A DNA stretch of 51,777 bases from Candidatus Yanofskybacteria bacterium RIFCSPHIGHO2_12_FULL_45_19b (GCA_001794605.1 MGKD01000009.1:1-51777), one strand, 5' to 3'. Shown: positions 1-10,500, numbered from the stretch's first letter. A program made the numbers and translations. The notes: generated by a model from the letters alone, not told the origin.

Positions 1-1483
1 CAAATATGGCGACATCGGTTAGTAGATAAAACAAGTTCCAGACTATAAATATCAAACTGGCGCCGAAATAAACCAACAACAATGGGTCGCTCTCCCCTCG
101 AAATCTTTGATAACAACTTTTTAATAATAACCAAAACCAGTAAAGCGCCAGCAATAAGGCCGGAACTCCCATCTCCGCGGCAATATGCAGATATAGATTA
201 TGGGCGGATGAGCCAGCCTTGACTTTAGCTAAATCCTCCCCCACTATCACGGGAAAGTTGCTGATCCCCACTCCCAGTAGTGGGTGCTTAGCGATAGATT
301 TTATTGAGTCACGCCAAATTTCTAAACGACGGCTATTGGAAGTTTCGCCTAGATTTATAATGGAGTGGATGCGCTGGCCCAATAACCCTCCATCTAATTT
401 GGAAACTAAAAACTGGGGTGAGGCAAAAATTGGATAAGCCACAAAAAACAGCAAGAAGAAGACTGCTAAGTAAGAAGAAATGTATTTGAAAACCGATTTT
501 TTGTGCTGATCTACTCCCTGCTTTCTAAAAATATACAGCCAAACCATAATAGTGACAATTGAACCAATCCCTGCCGCCCACATCCCGCGGGTACCAGTAA
601 GAATGATATCTAAAAATAAGAGCGGTATAGCTACGACTAACAATCTCCCACGGGTCTTGAACATCTCGCGCAATGACTCCTTCTGAATTACTTTGTATAG
701 CGCCAAGGCTAATACTGCCGGCAGAGCAAAAATCAAAAACATTGGGAAGGAGTGTGAGTCAGGAAAGATTGAAAACATGCGCAAGGACAACTGCTCACCG
801 AAATAAGCAAACCAGGTGTTGGCCTTGAGAGCGATGTCGGCCCAGGCGTTACCAAACAGATTACGTTCGACCCCATTGCCCCAAATGTCTACAAACTGGT
901 AAATATCCATTAGGTAAGTAGAAGTTAGTTGCCAGAGGCCCAGCAGGGCTACTAGAATAGCTGGGATAACGATATTTTTTACTACTCGTTTGGTAAATTC
1001 AGCATTTTGTATAGCCAGATCGCGCACCACCACGCCAATCAAGGATAAATTAAATAGATAGATTACTCTCTTAATCGCCAGGCTGGTGCTGGGGGCAACT
1101 AAAATCGAAAGTATGGCTATGCCAAGCAGGACTAGGGTGGTGAGATAGATTGGACGCTGTTTAAAGACAAAAAAGTTTTTTATTTTTTGCCAGATAAGCT
1201 CGCTTTGACCTTGGAGCAACCAACGGAGAAATATCACTACTGCCAGCACCCGCCCAAAACTTAGTGAGTCAAAGTTGGTGGTTAATGGTAGCGCCACAAA
1301 AAACGGAATAGAGCGGATAAAAAATAAAGTGGCGTTTTCTAGGCTGGTAAACAAACAGAAGAGTAGAGCTATTCCGGCCAATGGCAAAATAAACCAGCGC
1401 GGCAAATAACTGAAAGCCACTGCCAACACTCCAACCGTGTGAATGGCAAAGATTATATTCAGGCGTAGATTTCCTTTTTTCAT
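1..1483 (-). CDS. O-antigen ligase/polymerase-type (Wzy_C/WaaL-like) polytopic membrane protein; C-terminus cut by window edge
   Basis: The frame opened by ATG at 1483 (MKKGNLRLNIIFAIHTVGVLAVAFSYLPRWF...) stays open to the window edge, which explains its absence from the ORF track. It has many hydrophobic spans and GSSAHNLYLHIAAEMGVPALL, as in O-antigen ligase domains. ATGA overlap with the upstream GT stop. Confidence 0.7.
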   Translation of the reverse strand, partial: MKKGNLRLNIIFAIHTVGVLAVAFSYLPRWFILPLAGIALLFCLFTSLENATLFFIRSIPFFVALPLTTNFDSLSFGRVLAVVIFLRWLLQGQSELIWQKIKNFFVFKQRPIYLTTLVLLGIAILSILVAPSTSLAIKRVIYLFNLSLIGVVVRDLAIQNAEFTKRVVKNIVIPAILVALLGLWQLTSTYLMDIYQFVDIWGNGVERNLFGNAWADIALKANTWFAYFGEQLSLRMFSIFPDSHSFPMFLIFALPAVLALALYKVIQKESLREMFKTRGRLLVVAIPLLFLDIILTGTRGMWAAGIGSIVTIMVWLYIFRKQGVDQHKKSVFKYISSYLAVFFLLFFVAYPIFASPQFLVSKLDGGLLGQRIHSIINLGETSNSRRLEIWRDSIKSIAKHPLLGVGISNFPVIVGEDLAKVKAGSSAHNLYLHIAAEMGVPALLLALYWFWLLLKSCYQRFRGESDPLLLVYFGASLIFIVWNLFYLLTDVAIF

Positions 1484-2610
1484 ACAATTTCTCGCACTAG
1501 TTTCAGCCAGCGCGTGGCGTGTTTCTGCCAGGTGAATTTTTCAGTAATAGCTTTACTTTGGGCTTCGATGGCAGAACGCTTAGCTTGGTTCTCAAGCGCA
1601 TCAGTTAGTGTACTGGCCACCGCTTCAATGTCGTAGGGGTCTTTCACAAAAATTGCCCCCTGCTCGCCATAGATTTCTTGGTTGAGAGGTTCATCCACCA
1701 CGACTGGAATGGTGCCGTTGGCCAGGCCCTCTAGTGGTGGCAAACCAAACGCCTCGCTATCTGATAAATATATTACTAAGCGGGCGTGTTGGTACAAATT
1801 AACTAGCTCGGCTTCACTCACTCGATTGCGATGTATAATCCGCTCACTGCCCAGGCGTTGGTTGATAGTTTGACGCAGTGACTCGATAATGGCCGGCCGA
1901 TATTTATCCTGGCCAACGGTAAAGAGTTTTAAATTCGGAAAACGCGGGGCAATTTTTTCAAAAGCTAGCATTGTTTCCCGTAAGTGCCGGCGCGGAAAAG
2001 CCTGGCCGACATAGAGCAGGTAGGAATCAGGTATAAGGAATAAGGTATCATTATTTATAATTCCTAATTCCGGTTTTTTGACTGCTAAGTAGTTTACGCT
2101 GATCCGTTCTGGCTTGATTTTGAATAGCTGAGCAATTTCAGTTTTGGCCGCTGTGGAGATGGTCATTAGGCGGGTGGCTTGCTTGGCCGCCCAGGTGGCA
2201 AATATGCGATAAGCCAAGCGATAGCGCCAGGGCAGGTCTTTATTGTGCATCTCACGATAAACGTCATTAGTAGTAACAACTAATGATTTACGGCCAAAAA
2301 ATAGTGGCAACATATAATTCGGAAAGTACATTAGGTCTAGTTTTTGAAACCAAGATAAAATCGGTAGGTAGAGGTAGTAGTAGAGACTGAAAGAGTTTGG
2401 TAAAAACGGAATGCGTACCAGGTGTTTAATAAAAAGTGGACTATTCAAATAGTCGTAATCTGGGATACTTGATTTAAAATAGAGATGAAAACGATAAGCT
2501 CTCTGTAATTCTGGACGATTAGCTAGTTCACGCAATAACTCATTAGTAATGCGTCCTACCCCCCAGGAATCACCCTCGATTGATTCGCATTCAATGCCGA
2601 TTTGATACAT
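1480..2610 (-). CDS. glycosyltransferase, GT-B fold (family 4 / GT1-type)
   Basis: 376-aa ORF with C-terminal sugar-nucleotide motif YLSDSEAFGLPPLEGLANGTIPVVVDEP, within a GT/O-antigen cluster. Confidence 0.85.
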   Translation of the reverse strand: MYQIGIECESIEGDSWGVGRITNELLRELANRPELQRAYRFHLYFKSSIPDYDYLNSPLFIKHLVRIPFLPNSFSLYYYLYLPILSWFQKLDLMYFPNYMLPLFFGRKSLVVTTNDVYREMHNKDLPWRYRLAYRIFATWAAKQATRLMTISTAAKTEIAQLFKIKPERISVNYLAVKKPELGIINNDTLFLIPDSYLLYVGQAFPRRHLRETMLAFEKIAPRFPNLKLFTVGQDKYRPAIIESLRQTINQRLGSERIIHRNRVSEAELVNLYQHARLVIYLSDSEAFGLPPLEGLANGTIPVVVDEPLNQEIYGEQGAIFVKDPYDIEAVASTLTDALENQAKRSAIEAQSKAITEKFTWQKHATRWLKLVREIV

Positions 2611-2735
2611 GAGACAAATTTACCGTATACCGTTTAACATTTTCCATTTATTTACCATTGTGCTATTTCTACATTTTCCGAAAATGAGAAAATGTTTAAA
2701 TGAACAAATTGATGGTAATTGGGAAATGGTATATG
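2611..2735 (-). repeat. GAAAATG-rich imperfect palindromic intergenic repeat, copy A
   Basis: Block 2681-2730 matches 14515-14564 at about 45/50 positions (aaaatgagaaaatgt.taaatg.a.aaattga.ggtaattgg.aaatggt). It fills the whole spacer directly 5' of the GT start codon. Confidence 0.8.
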
Positions 2736-3650
2736 TTAATTTATTCTTCCTCCCTTGTTGTTATAAAAATCCCCTACCCCATTAAGAATTGCTTCGCTCT
2801 TGGCCAGTGTAGTCGGATTGGTTAGCAAGGATAATTTTGCCCACTGCTTAAGCGCTACCCAACCAGCCCAACCAATAATTAATCCTCGGATATACCAAGG
2901 AGCATTCAGGCTGTTGAATATCAAGGCGTTTCTCATATGGTAACGCATAACTAAAGGTGAACCAAGTTGGCTAGTGGAGGCGCCCACTAGGTGTTCAATT
3001 ATTGCTTCCGGGACAACTTTTAATCTAAGACCAGCCCGCTGGAGCCGTTGCGACAGGTCCGCATCCTCAAAATATAAGAAGTAAGCTTCCGAAAACCCTT
3101 CAACTTTTTCCAGAGCGGAACGTTTTATTAAAATGGCCGCGCCAATTAGATACTCTTTGTTGTTTAAATATTTTTGTGTCGGCTTAGTGGTCGAATGTTT
3201 GAGCTCGCTTTTTAGCCAACTAACCTTGCCGTAATAAACTGTTTCACCAGTAGATTCTTTGATGGCGGGCGAAACTGCACCAATGTTTGGATCAGATTCC
3301 GCAACGGCAACTAACTTATCAAGCAGATCAGGTGAAATAACAGTGTCGTTGTTTAAGATCAAGACATATTCTGCCCCCTGCTCTAGGGCGTACTTAATCC
3401 CAAGATTATTCCCTCCAGCATAGCCAAGGTTTTCTTTACTCTCGATTAGTGTGAACTTGTCCTGAGTCTGGCCGAAGGATTGACTGTTTACCCAATTTCT
3501 GGTATTATCTAAATGGTTTTTTTGTGAGTTATTGTCGACCACTATGGTATAAAGATCATGGTGGTCAAGTTCTTTAACGGAATTCAAACAGCCGATCGTT
3601 GACTCGGATCGGTTGTACTGGAGGACGACTATGAATGAGTTGGCTGGCAT
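2736..3650 (-). CDS. glycosyltransferase family 2
   Basis: Motifs FIVVLQYNRSE, VVDNNSQ, YAGGNNLG, ILNNDT and FLYFEDADL. Start moved from 3728 to ATG 3650 (MPANSFIVVL) because the upstream 26 codons are basic read-through of a GC-rich spacer. Confidence 0.85.
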   Translation of the reverse strand: MPANSFIVVLQYNRSESTIGCLNSVKELDHHDLYTIVVDNNSQKNHLDNTRNWVNSQSFGQTQDKFTLIESKENLGYAGGNNLGIKYALEQGAEYVLILNNDTVISPDLLDKLVAVAESDPNIGAVSPAIKESTGETVYYGKVSWLKSELKHSTTKPTQKYLNNKEYLIGAAILIKRSALEKVEGFSEAYFLYFEDADLSQRLQRAGLRLKVVPEAIIEHLVGASTSQLGSPLVMRYHMRNALIFNSLNAPWYIRGLIIGWAGWVALKQWAKLSLLTNPTTLAKSEAILNGVGDFYNNKGGRIN

Positions 3651-3915
3651 GTTTTTGAGGTTAAACCTGTTTTTCCAAACAGCAATCGTTCTTGTGGTGA
3701 TCTTCCTGGTCTTCTTTATCGGCCTCAACTTGATTGAGGACTACCTCGAGTGGAGGGGCACAAAACTGTCTCGAATGAGTTCCGAAGACAGAAGGCTCTG
3801 GATTAGCCGGACCTGGCCTCAGGGATTGTTCCACTGGGCAGATCAGAAGATCCAGAGGGTCTGGGACAAGATCCTCTTCCTTATTTTCACGAAGTCGTAT
3901 TGGTGGGGATGCTAG
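3631..3915 (+). CDS. possible small single-pass membrane protein encoded antisense in the GC-rich spacer between two GT genes
   Basis: GGAGG at 3620-3624 lies 6 nt before ATG 3631. The 94 codons include a clear TM helix (LFFQTAIVLVVIFLVFFIGLNLI). No recognisable family; overlaps both neighbours' ends. Confidence 0.35.
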   Translation: MNELAGMFLRLNLFFQTAIVLVVIFLVFFIGLNLIEDYLEWRGTKLSRMSSEDRRLWISRTWPQGLFHWADQKIQRVWDKILFLIFTKSYWWGC

Positions 3916-5077
3916 AAGAAACCAACTCCCCAATCTCTTTTTCGAAGCGGCGGCGAGAAAACCTCTCGACCGCCTTTTTTATTACCAAAGGGCTGTAATT
4001 TTTATAATTCTCGTTCAAACGTCGAACTCCATCGGCTAAAATCTCCGGCAACGGATCGTCAAAATACTCGCCATTTATTCCCGGCATAATATACTCCAAG
4101 GTTCCCCCACGACGCAATGCCAGCACTGGTTTACCAAAATCCATAGCTTCAATGGCAGTAAGGCCAAAATCCTCCTCCTGGGGCATTATAAACGCTCTGG
4201 CGGCTTGGTAATAGGCACTCAACTCACTGTCCGGCACAAAGCCTAATAGTTGGATTAGGTTCGGATCAGCAATCAGTTTTTTTAGCTTTTTATATTGTGG
4301 TCCTTGGCCGATGATTACTAGGGGTAATTTTAGCTTATTAAACGCCTCAATAGCAATGGCAATATTTTTGAAGGAATAGAGCCGACTGACTATTAAAAAA
4401 TAAGAATTAGGTATAAGGAATAAGGAATCATGGTCAGGATTTTTTTTCTGAATCCCTAATTCATAATTCATAATTCCTGATTCTAGTCTGTCGACCGGCG
4501 GATAAATGACTTTTGCCTCGGCTTGATAATATTTTTTAATGCGTTCACGGGCGGTTTTTGAAATCGCTATAAACTGATCCACCCGGCCAGCGGCAGAGTG
4601 ATCCCACAGACGTAGGAAGTGTTGCAAAATCGCCACGCCCCAACCCGGGTGTTCTTTCCGATACTCACTCTGCCAATCCCACAACCAGCGCGTGGGGCTA
4701 TAGCAGTAACAGATATGTTTGGTTTGGGGTTTGGTGATTAACCCTTTAGAAAAACCCACGGAAGAAGAGATTACTAAATCGTAAGCGCTTAAATCAAAAG
4801 ACTCGATGGCGATGGGCAAGAATGGTAATAACCAACGATGGCGGCGAGTAAACTGATAGTATTTCTGTAAAAACGATGGGCGAATGTCGGCACCCGGCAA
4901 AAACTCTTTGGTGAATTTAGGATTATGAAAAAAAGTATAGATCGGCGCTTCTGGGTAAAGCTCATGCAAAACTTTGAGAGTCTTTTCCGCACCCCCAGTA
5001 TTTAGTAGCCAGTCATGGACCAAACATATTTTCCATTTACCAATTTCCATTGATTTGGCCATTGTTTCATTTAGCAT
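3887..5077 (-). CDS. glycosyltransferase, GT-B fold (family 4)
   Basis: KICLVHDWLLNTGGAEK N-terminus and EDFGLTAIEAMDFGKPVLALRRGG C-terminal motif. The start is ambiguous (ATG at 5077, 5062 or 5050) because the first ~10 codons lie inside repeat copy C. Confidence 0.85.
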   Translation of the reverse strand: MLNETMAKSMEIGKWKICLVHDWLLNTGGAEKTLKVLHELYPEAPIYTFFHNPKFTKEFLPGADIRPSFLQKYYQFTRRHRWLLPFLPIAIESFDLSAYDLVISSSVGFSKGLITKPQTKHICYCYSPTRWLWDWQSEYRKEHPGWGVAILQHFLRLWDHSAAGRVDQFIAISKTARERIKKYYQAEAKVIYPPVDRLESGIMNYELGIQKKNPDHDSLFLIPNSYFLIVSRLYSFKNIAIAIEAFNKLKLPLVIIGQGPQYKKLKKLIADPNLIQLLGFVPDSELSAYYQAARAFIMPQEEDFGLTAIEAMDFGKPVLALRRGGTLEYIMPGINGEYFDDPLPEILADGVRRLNENYKNYSPLVIKKAVERFSRRRFEKEIGELVSSSIPTNTTS

Positions 5078-5115
5078 GGTATAAAAATGAATGAATGTTA
5101 AATGTCTAATGATGC
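5043..5115 (-). repeat. GAAAATG-rich intergenic repeat, partial copy C
   Basis: 5043-5072 (atttccattgatttggccattgtttcattt) matches 14474-14503 at about 26/29 positions. The rest aligns to the central part of copies A and B. It overlaps the annotated GT N-terminus. Confidence 0.65.
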
Positions 5116-6123
5116 TTATCTTTTAGTCATCACATTCTTTTTATAAACATCCAGGTTGTTCAATACTACGCCGGCGCCTTTGGCCACGCAGAGCAAAGGT
5201 TCGTCGGCAATGTGGCAAGGTACACCGGTAATACGCGTAACTAGGGTGTCGATATTTTTTAGTAACGCTCCTCCGCCGGAAATCATGATGCCTTTGTCTA
5301 TAATATCGGAGCAGAGTTCGGGTGGCGTGTCTTGTAAAACATTGCGGACAGTTTGAATAATCTCACGTAACTGCTCCTGAATTGCCTCAGTCACATCGTT
5401 ACTACCCAGTTCAATGGTTTTTGGATAACCGGAAGCAAGATCGCGACCGCGCACACTGATTTTTTCCTCGGTGCTTTGTTTCACGGCGCTACCGATGGCG
5501 ATTTTAATTAACTCCGCGGTGCGGTCGCCAATCGCTAAACCAAACTTCTTTTTAATATAGTCAACGATCGCACTGTCAATTTTGTTGCCACCAATGCGCG
5601 CCGAGGAAGAGTTAACAATACCACCCAGACTAATTACCGCTACTTCAGTAGTGCCGCCACCGATATTTAGAATCATACTGCCGGAAGGGTTGTTGATCGG
5701 GATTTTGGCGCCGATGGCGGCCAGTACTGGCTCCTTCACTAAATAAGCGGCCTTGGCACCGGCGTTCATGGAGGCTTCGATTACCGCCCGCCGTTCGGTT
5801 GAGGTAATACCCGCCGGGACCGAGATTAAAACCTCCGGTTTAAATATACCAATCCGGCCGATCGCCTTGCGGATGAAATAGCGTAGCATCGCCTCGGTAA
5901 CGCGGTAGTCGGCAATCACCCCATCCTTTAGTGGTTTGGCGACGATAATACTGTCTGGCGCTCGGCCGAGCATTTCTTTGGCCGCATTACCGACGGCGAT
6001 AATTTTACTATCCAAAACTGAAATGGCGACGACCGAGGGCTCGTTAATAATGATTCCCTTTTTGGGAATAAAAACCAAAGTATTAGTAGTGCCCAAATCA
6101 ATACCGATTTTCTTCACAAACAT
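5116..6123 (-). CDS. mreB: rod shape-determining protein MreB
   Basis: IGIDLGTTNTLVF, NIGGGTTEVAVISLGG and actin-like ATPase layout; 335 aa. Confidence 0.95.
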   Translation of the reverse strand: MFVKKIGIDLGTTNTLVFIPKKGIIINEPSVVAISVLDSKIIAVGNAAKEMLGRAPDSIIVAKPLKDGVIADYRVTEAMLRYFIRKAIGRIGIFKPEVLISVPAGITSTERRAVIEASMNAGAKAAYLVKEPVLAAIGAKIPINNPSGSMILNIGGGTTEVAVISLGGIVNSSSARIGGNKIDSAIVDYIKKKFGLAIGDRTAELIKIAIGSAVKQSTEEKISVRGRDLASGYPKTIELGSNDVTEAIQEQLREIIQTVRNVLQDTPPELCSDIIDKGIMISGGGALLKNIDTLVTRITGVPCHIADEPLLCVAKGAGVVLNNLDVYKKNVMTKR

Positions 6124-6160
6124 ATGCTACACAGTAAAACTTAAAGTCACTTATCGCAAC

Positions 6161-6189
6161 TTTACAAATAACCAATTTTTAGCCATAAT
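6161..6189 (+). promoter_or_regulatory. sigma70-like promoter placing the TSS at or near the ATG (leaderless candidate)
   Basis: TTTACA, 17-nt spacer, CATAAT; 8 nt between the -10 and ATG 6198; no SD. Confidence 0.5.
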
Positions 6190-6197
6190 ACACCTCG

Positions 6198-7541
6198 ATG
6201 AAGCGTAGCACGCGGCGGAAAATCCTTTATGGCAGTATCGTCTTTTTTCTCTTAGCCTGTGTCGGGGTTTTGTTTTATGCCCAAGGCTATGATTTTGATC
6301 CCAGCAATGGCCATGTCTCTAAAACTGGTGGGGTTAACTTGGTTAGCAATACTTCGGCTGAGATCTATTTAGACGGCAAGCTGGCTGGTAATACCTCACT
6401 CTTACAGCACGGTTTTAGTCAGTCCCGCCTCTTGCCTGGCAAACATCGGATTGAGTTGCGTAAAACCGACTACCAAACCTGGAGTAAGGAGTTTGTGGTT
6501 AGCGCGGGCTTTGTGTTTGATTTGGGTGAGGCATTTTTGCCACGTAGCCAGGCGGTCATCCAGACTTTATTACCGGACATTAAACCAGTTAGTTATTCCT
6601 CCAATAATAATTACTTAGTTGGTTGGGTAGGCGATGATTTAGTTTTTTATGATTTAAATCGACAACAGATATCGGTAACACTGGCCCAAAAAGAAAATAT
6701 CGATTCAACGAAATTAAATATTATTTGGGCGACGGACAATCAAACCGCTGTGCTATACGATAGCAAACTAGCTTGGGCGGTAGATTTAGGCGGGCAAACT
6801 TACCAAGCCGTAAATCTTCCGCGCAGTTTTTTACGTAGCGATGCCCAACTTTTAGCTGGCCGAGTTTATGCTTTAAGTACCCAAAAAAGTACTCCCAAGA
6901 ATCTAGTCTATTTCGATTTTAATAAGACTAGTAGTGGAACCTTGGCCAATGGCGTCAATTCATTCCTGGTTAACAATGGCTCAGTATTTTTCACCAGTAT
7001 CGCTAGTAGCACTATTTGGCAAATTAAACCTAATCAGACTAATCCGGTACAACTCAGTGAAACCGCTCTACCAGCCAAGGCTAGTTTAATTAACATTATT
7101 ATTACAGAGGAAGCCACAGTCATCTCAACTGATGTTGGCTTATTCACTTTGAACGCCGAGAAAAAATTACTGAAAATATCCGCTACCGTAGATAATCTTG
7201 TTCTTTCTTCAGATAAATCAATTTTGGCCTGGAGCGTGGACAAAGAGTTGTGGATGTTGTTATTGAAATCCAACCCCCTGCGTTCGGAGCTGGTTACCGG
7301 TAAGCCAATATTTTTATTACATAAAGGCGAACGCATTGATGACTTGTTTTGGCTTAATAATCAGTATCTATATTTAGCTAGCGTGGCTAGTCTAGACTTA
7401 GTTGAAGTAGTATCCCAAACTCAGCCAGTCACCTATCGACTAATTGATAAAAATAGTGAGATTAACTCAATTGTTTTTCCAACTAACCGCGAAAAACTTA
7501 TCTGGCTGAACGAAGCTCGGCTAGAAAGCGCAGAGTTCTAA
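6198..7541 (+). CDS. membrane-anchored PEGA-domain protein
   Basis: N-terminal TM (ILYGSIVFFLLACVGVLFYA) followed by a PEGA-like segment (AEIYLDGKLAGNTSLL...LPGKHRIELRKTDYQTWSKEFVV). The rest is beta-rich and unassigned. Confidence 0.6.
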   Translation: MKRSTRRKILYGSIVFFLLACVGVLFYAQGYDFDPSNGHVSKTGGVNLVSNTSAEIYLDGKLAGNTSLLQHGFSQSRLLPGKHRIELRKTDYQTWSKEFVVSAGFVFDLGEAFLPRSQAVIQTLLPDIKPVSYSSNNNYLVGWVGDDLVFYDLNRQQISVTLAQKENIDSTKLNIIWATDNQTAVLYDSKLAWAVDLGGQTYQAVNLPRSFLRSDAQLLAGRVYALSTQKSTPKNLVYFDFNKTSSGTLANGVNSFLVNNGSVFFTSIASSTIWQIKPNQTNPVQLSETALPAKASLINIIITEEATVISTDVGLFTLNAEKKLLKISATVDNLVLSSDKSILAWSVDKELWMLLLKSNPLRSELVTGKPIFLLHKGERIDDLFWLNNQYLYLASVASLDLVEVVSQTQPVTYRLIDKNSEINSIVFPTNREKLIWLNEARLESAEF

Positions 7542-10500
7542 TGTCCGCTCATTCCGCGAGCATGTAAATAGGTTACTACTGCCGTGGCACTACGCAGCTC
7601 AACCGGATTTAGATGCTCTCTACTCAAGTCAAATATTCTTTGAATAATATCCAGCGCTGCCAACTCACCTCCAAAATAACCATCCTTGCTGTAACGTTGA
7701 GTAAACTCTTCAATGGTGTTTAGTAAGTCCCCTCCCTTAAAAGCTGCTTCACTTTTTTCGGTCTTTCTTTCTTTAGCTATTTCTTCCACTAAAAATCTTT
7801 GAAAAGCTTGTTCTTGAGCATTATCACCATGTGCCATCATTACCAAGTCAAAACCAGCATAACGTGAAGCATTTAGTGCTCGTCTAATGATGTTTAAGTG
7901 CGATTCTTTTACTTCTTTCAGGATTATATTTAATGCTTTTTCTAATTTACCATTCTGCAATTTTTTTATTTCTTCCACGTCTAAACTAGCGACCAATCTT
8001 TCTAACGCTGTTAGTTCTCTCTCGGCCTCGTTGTTTAAGCTTACTAGCTGTTCTTTAAACGCCTGACTACGTTCTGATAAACTGGGGAAACGCACGTTAG
8101 CTAACAGTTTCTCTTCCTCATCATCTGTACCACTTGGAGTACCATCCAAAACAATTACCTGCGCCTTGTAGCTTTCCGCTGGCCAAAGTGCAAAGGATAC
8201 ACCATGGGAATTTTTATCGGTAAGGACGGTTTCCCCTGGACCAGGTTGTAACCCTTGGATCATTCCAGACACAAACCCACATTCACGCAATAGCGCGGTG
8301 GTGAGTTTGGCAAAATCGGCACACACCCCAGCATATTTTTTATTAGTAAAATTGTTTCTTTCTTCTGGTTTAGCAGTGCGTTTTAAATCTTTTAAGCGTT
8401 GCGTCATTACGCTAATTATTTCCGTGATATTTTTGCCAGACTTTTCTGCTTGTACCGTTCGATTATCAAAATCATAGTGAGCAATGGAACGTACAAAGCT
8501 TTCGATAGCTTCTAGTTTTTCTACCGGACTAAGGCCAACGATAGATTTCACAAAAACCTTTAATTCAGTTGGTAATTTGGCAATCGGTTGGCTTACTTCT
8601 AAACCAAAATTTTTCTCACAGCGCATTTTAAATTTTTGATATTCATCTGCGCCTATCGTCTCCGGCACTAGTGGTAAGTCCTGAATAGTTTGTGAGTAAA
8701 TAACTCGCTCAATATCTTCGCCATCTTCATCTTCTTTCAGCTTAACCCGTGCTTCACCCATAGTGTTAAACTCTGGTGTAAGCGCCACTTCTATTCCACC
8801 CGCCTTTATCCCAATGACCCGTTCCGGAATAATGCTGGCATTGATACCTTTGGGTAAGATTACTGATTTCTTTCCTTTGGTTTTTTGTATTTCCGCTGTG
8901 ACTTCTCGCGTTGACCCGATATGGTTAGTTGCTAATGGAAAAGGGGCTTGTTCCCAGAGATTTCTCTTGGAATCGTAGCGTCCATAAATACCAGTGGAAA
9001 GCATTTCATTCATTGGCTCACGCAAATGCAACAATTCGGTGTTGACTGATTGCTTAGGATCGCCATCACGAAATTCAGTCGTATTTTGTCTGCCATCGAA
9101 TATGCCCGAGCCGTCACTGCGACTATGACCAGAACCACGATCAAAAAATGATCGTCTCTTTCGCCACTCAATCTCTCTCTGTAGGTCTGGGAATAAAGAA
9201 AAAATCAAATGATCAATGGCTTGGTTAGTGGTGTCATCTGATTTGGCTTTAATCAAATCCAGGAAAAGACTGGGCGATGCTTTAATTAATTCACTGATTG
9301 TGCCGGCCACCTTTTTAGAACGCTTTAGGTAGTTTTTTAGCTTATTCAAAGGCTCCACCTCTCTTTCCGGGTGATATTTGGCTAGATAGTCTTTGATTGG
9401 CTCAACTTCTTCTAACATTAACGCATTCAATAATTCCAGCTTTCTTTGCTCCGAATCAGTTAGTGTAAATTCTGGCGAGTAAAACAGGTAACGATGAACC
9501 TTACCATCATAATAAATTGGAATCCCCAGCTGGTCATTGTTAAGTGTTATATCTTCTGGATTTACCTGTTCTATCCCCAGGTCCACTGTCTCTCTACCCA
9601 GCAGTTTAAGTCGTAAATTTTTTACCTTACCATCGGACATTTTTGTGTATAATAAACGTCCGTTAAGAATGCCCACCGGATACAGTAAGCCACCCCCCTC
9701 AATCACCCGATCGCCAAAATGTATCGTTTCCGCCATTCTATCGGCAGAACGAACAGTATCAGTATTGGTGCTGTAAGTTAACTTGCCGTCAAAGGAGGGG
9801 AAAAGATTTAACTGCCGGTGTATGTCTGAAACTACCTCTCCTTGCTGGTTAATGATGTTACGATACTCTCGAGTCATTGGGCCAGACCCTACTTTCACTT
9901 CCGTTGTTACCACTAAAAAAACCTCGTCACCCGCTTTGGTGATTTCTTGTACTTCCCCAGTCAAATTAATAGGCAACTCTTCTCCGTTGTTATAAATTAT
10001 CTTTTCACCACTGTCTTTTTCTGCATAAAAATAATCAGTACTTTTACCGCTGGCCGTTACAAGATCGCGGTAGGGACCAAACTCTCTTTCGCCAGTAAAA
10101 AGTGATTGTTTAATTTCGTGTCCAACAAAGCCACGTGATATACGATATGAAACTACCCCATTTTTAACGGCTAGGTTGCTAAACCGGCCCTTGCTGATAG
10201 TGTTACCCTTTATTATCCTGCCGTTTTTAAAAATAACACTTTGGTACTCTGTATTTGCGTCATGCATGCCGGGTCTAACTAATTGTTTAGTTCCAATCCA
10301 ATAAATATCATCCCCCTCAACCACACATTCATTCGCTGATGTTCCAAAAGAATTGTCAGAGTTAACAAATTCTCCATCTACCACAACCTGTTGCGAATTA
10401 TCCTCAGGTTGACGAGACTCCAACACAGCCGTAAATAGTATTTTATCACCCTCCTTTTTTATATCCTCTATGAGTTTATACATTTTTGAACGCTTACCAT

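Noticed and set aside
1269-1487. 72-aa minus-strand ORF with TTG start
   Set aside because: It is out of frame with the long open frame starting at ATG 1483, which encodes a coherent O-antigen-ligase-like membrane protein.
7538-7541. 4-nt overlap of convergent stop codons (PEGA gene versus giant gene)
   Set aside because: This is real but a trivial consequence of TTCTAATG containing stops on both strands. There is no regulatory implication I can support.
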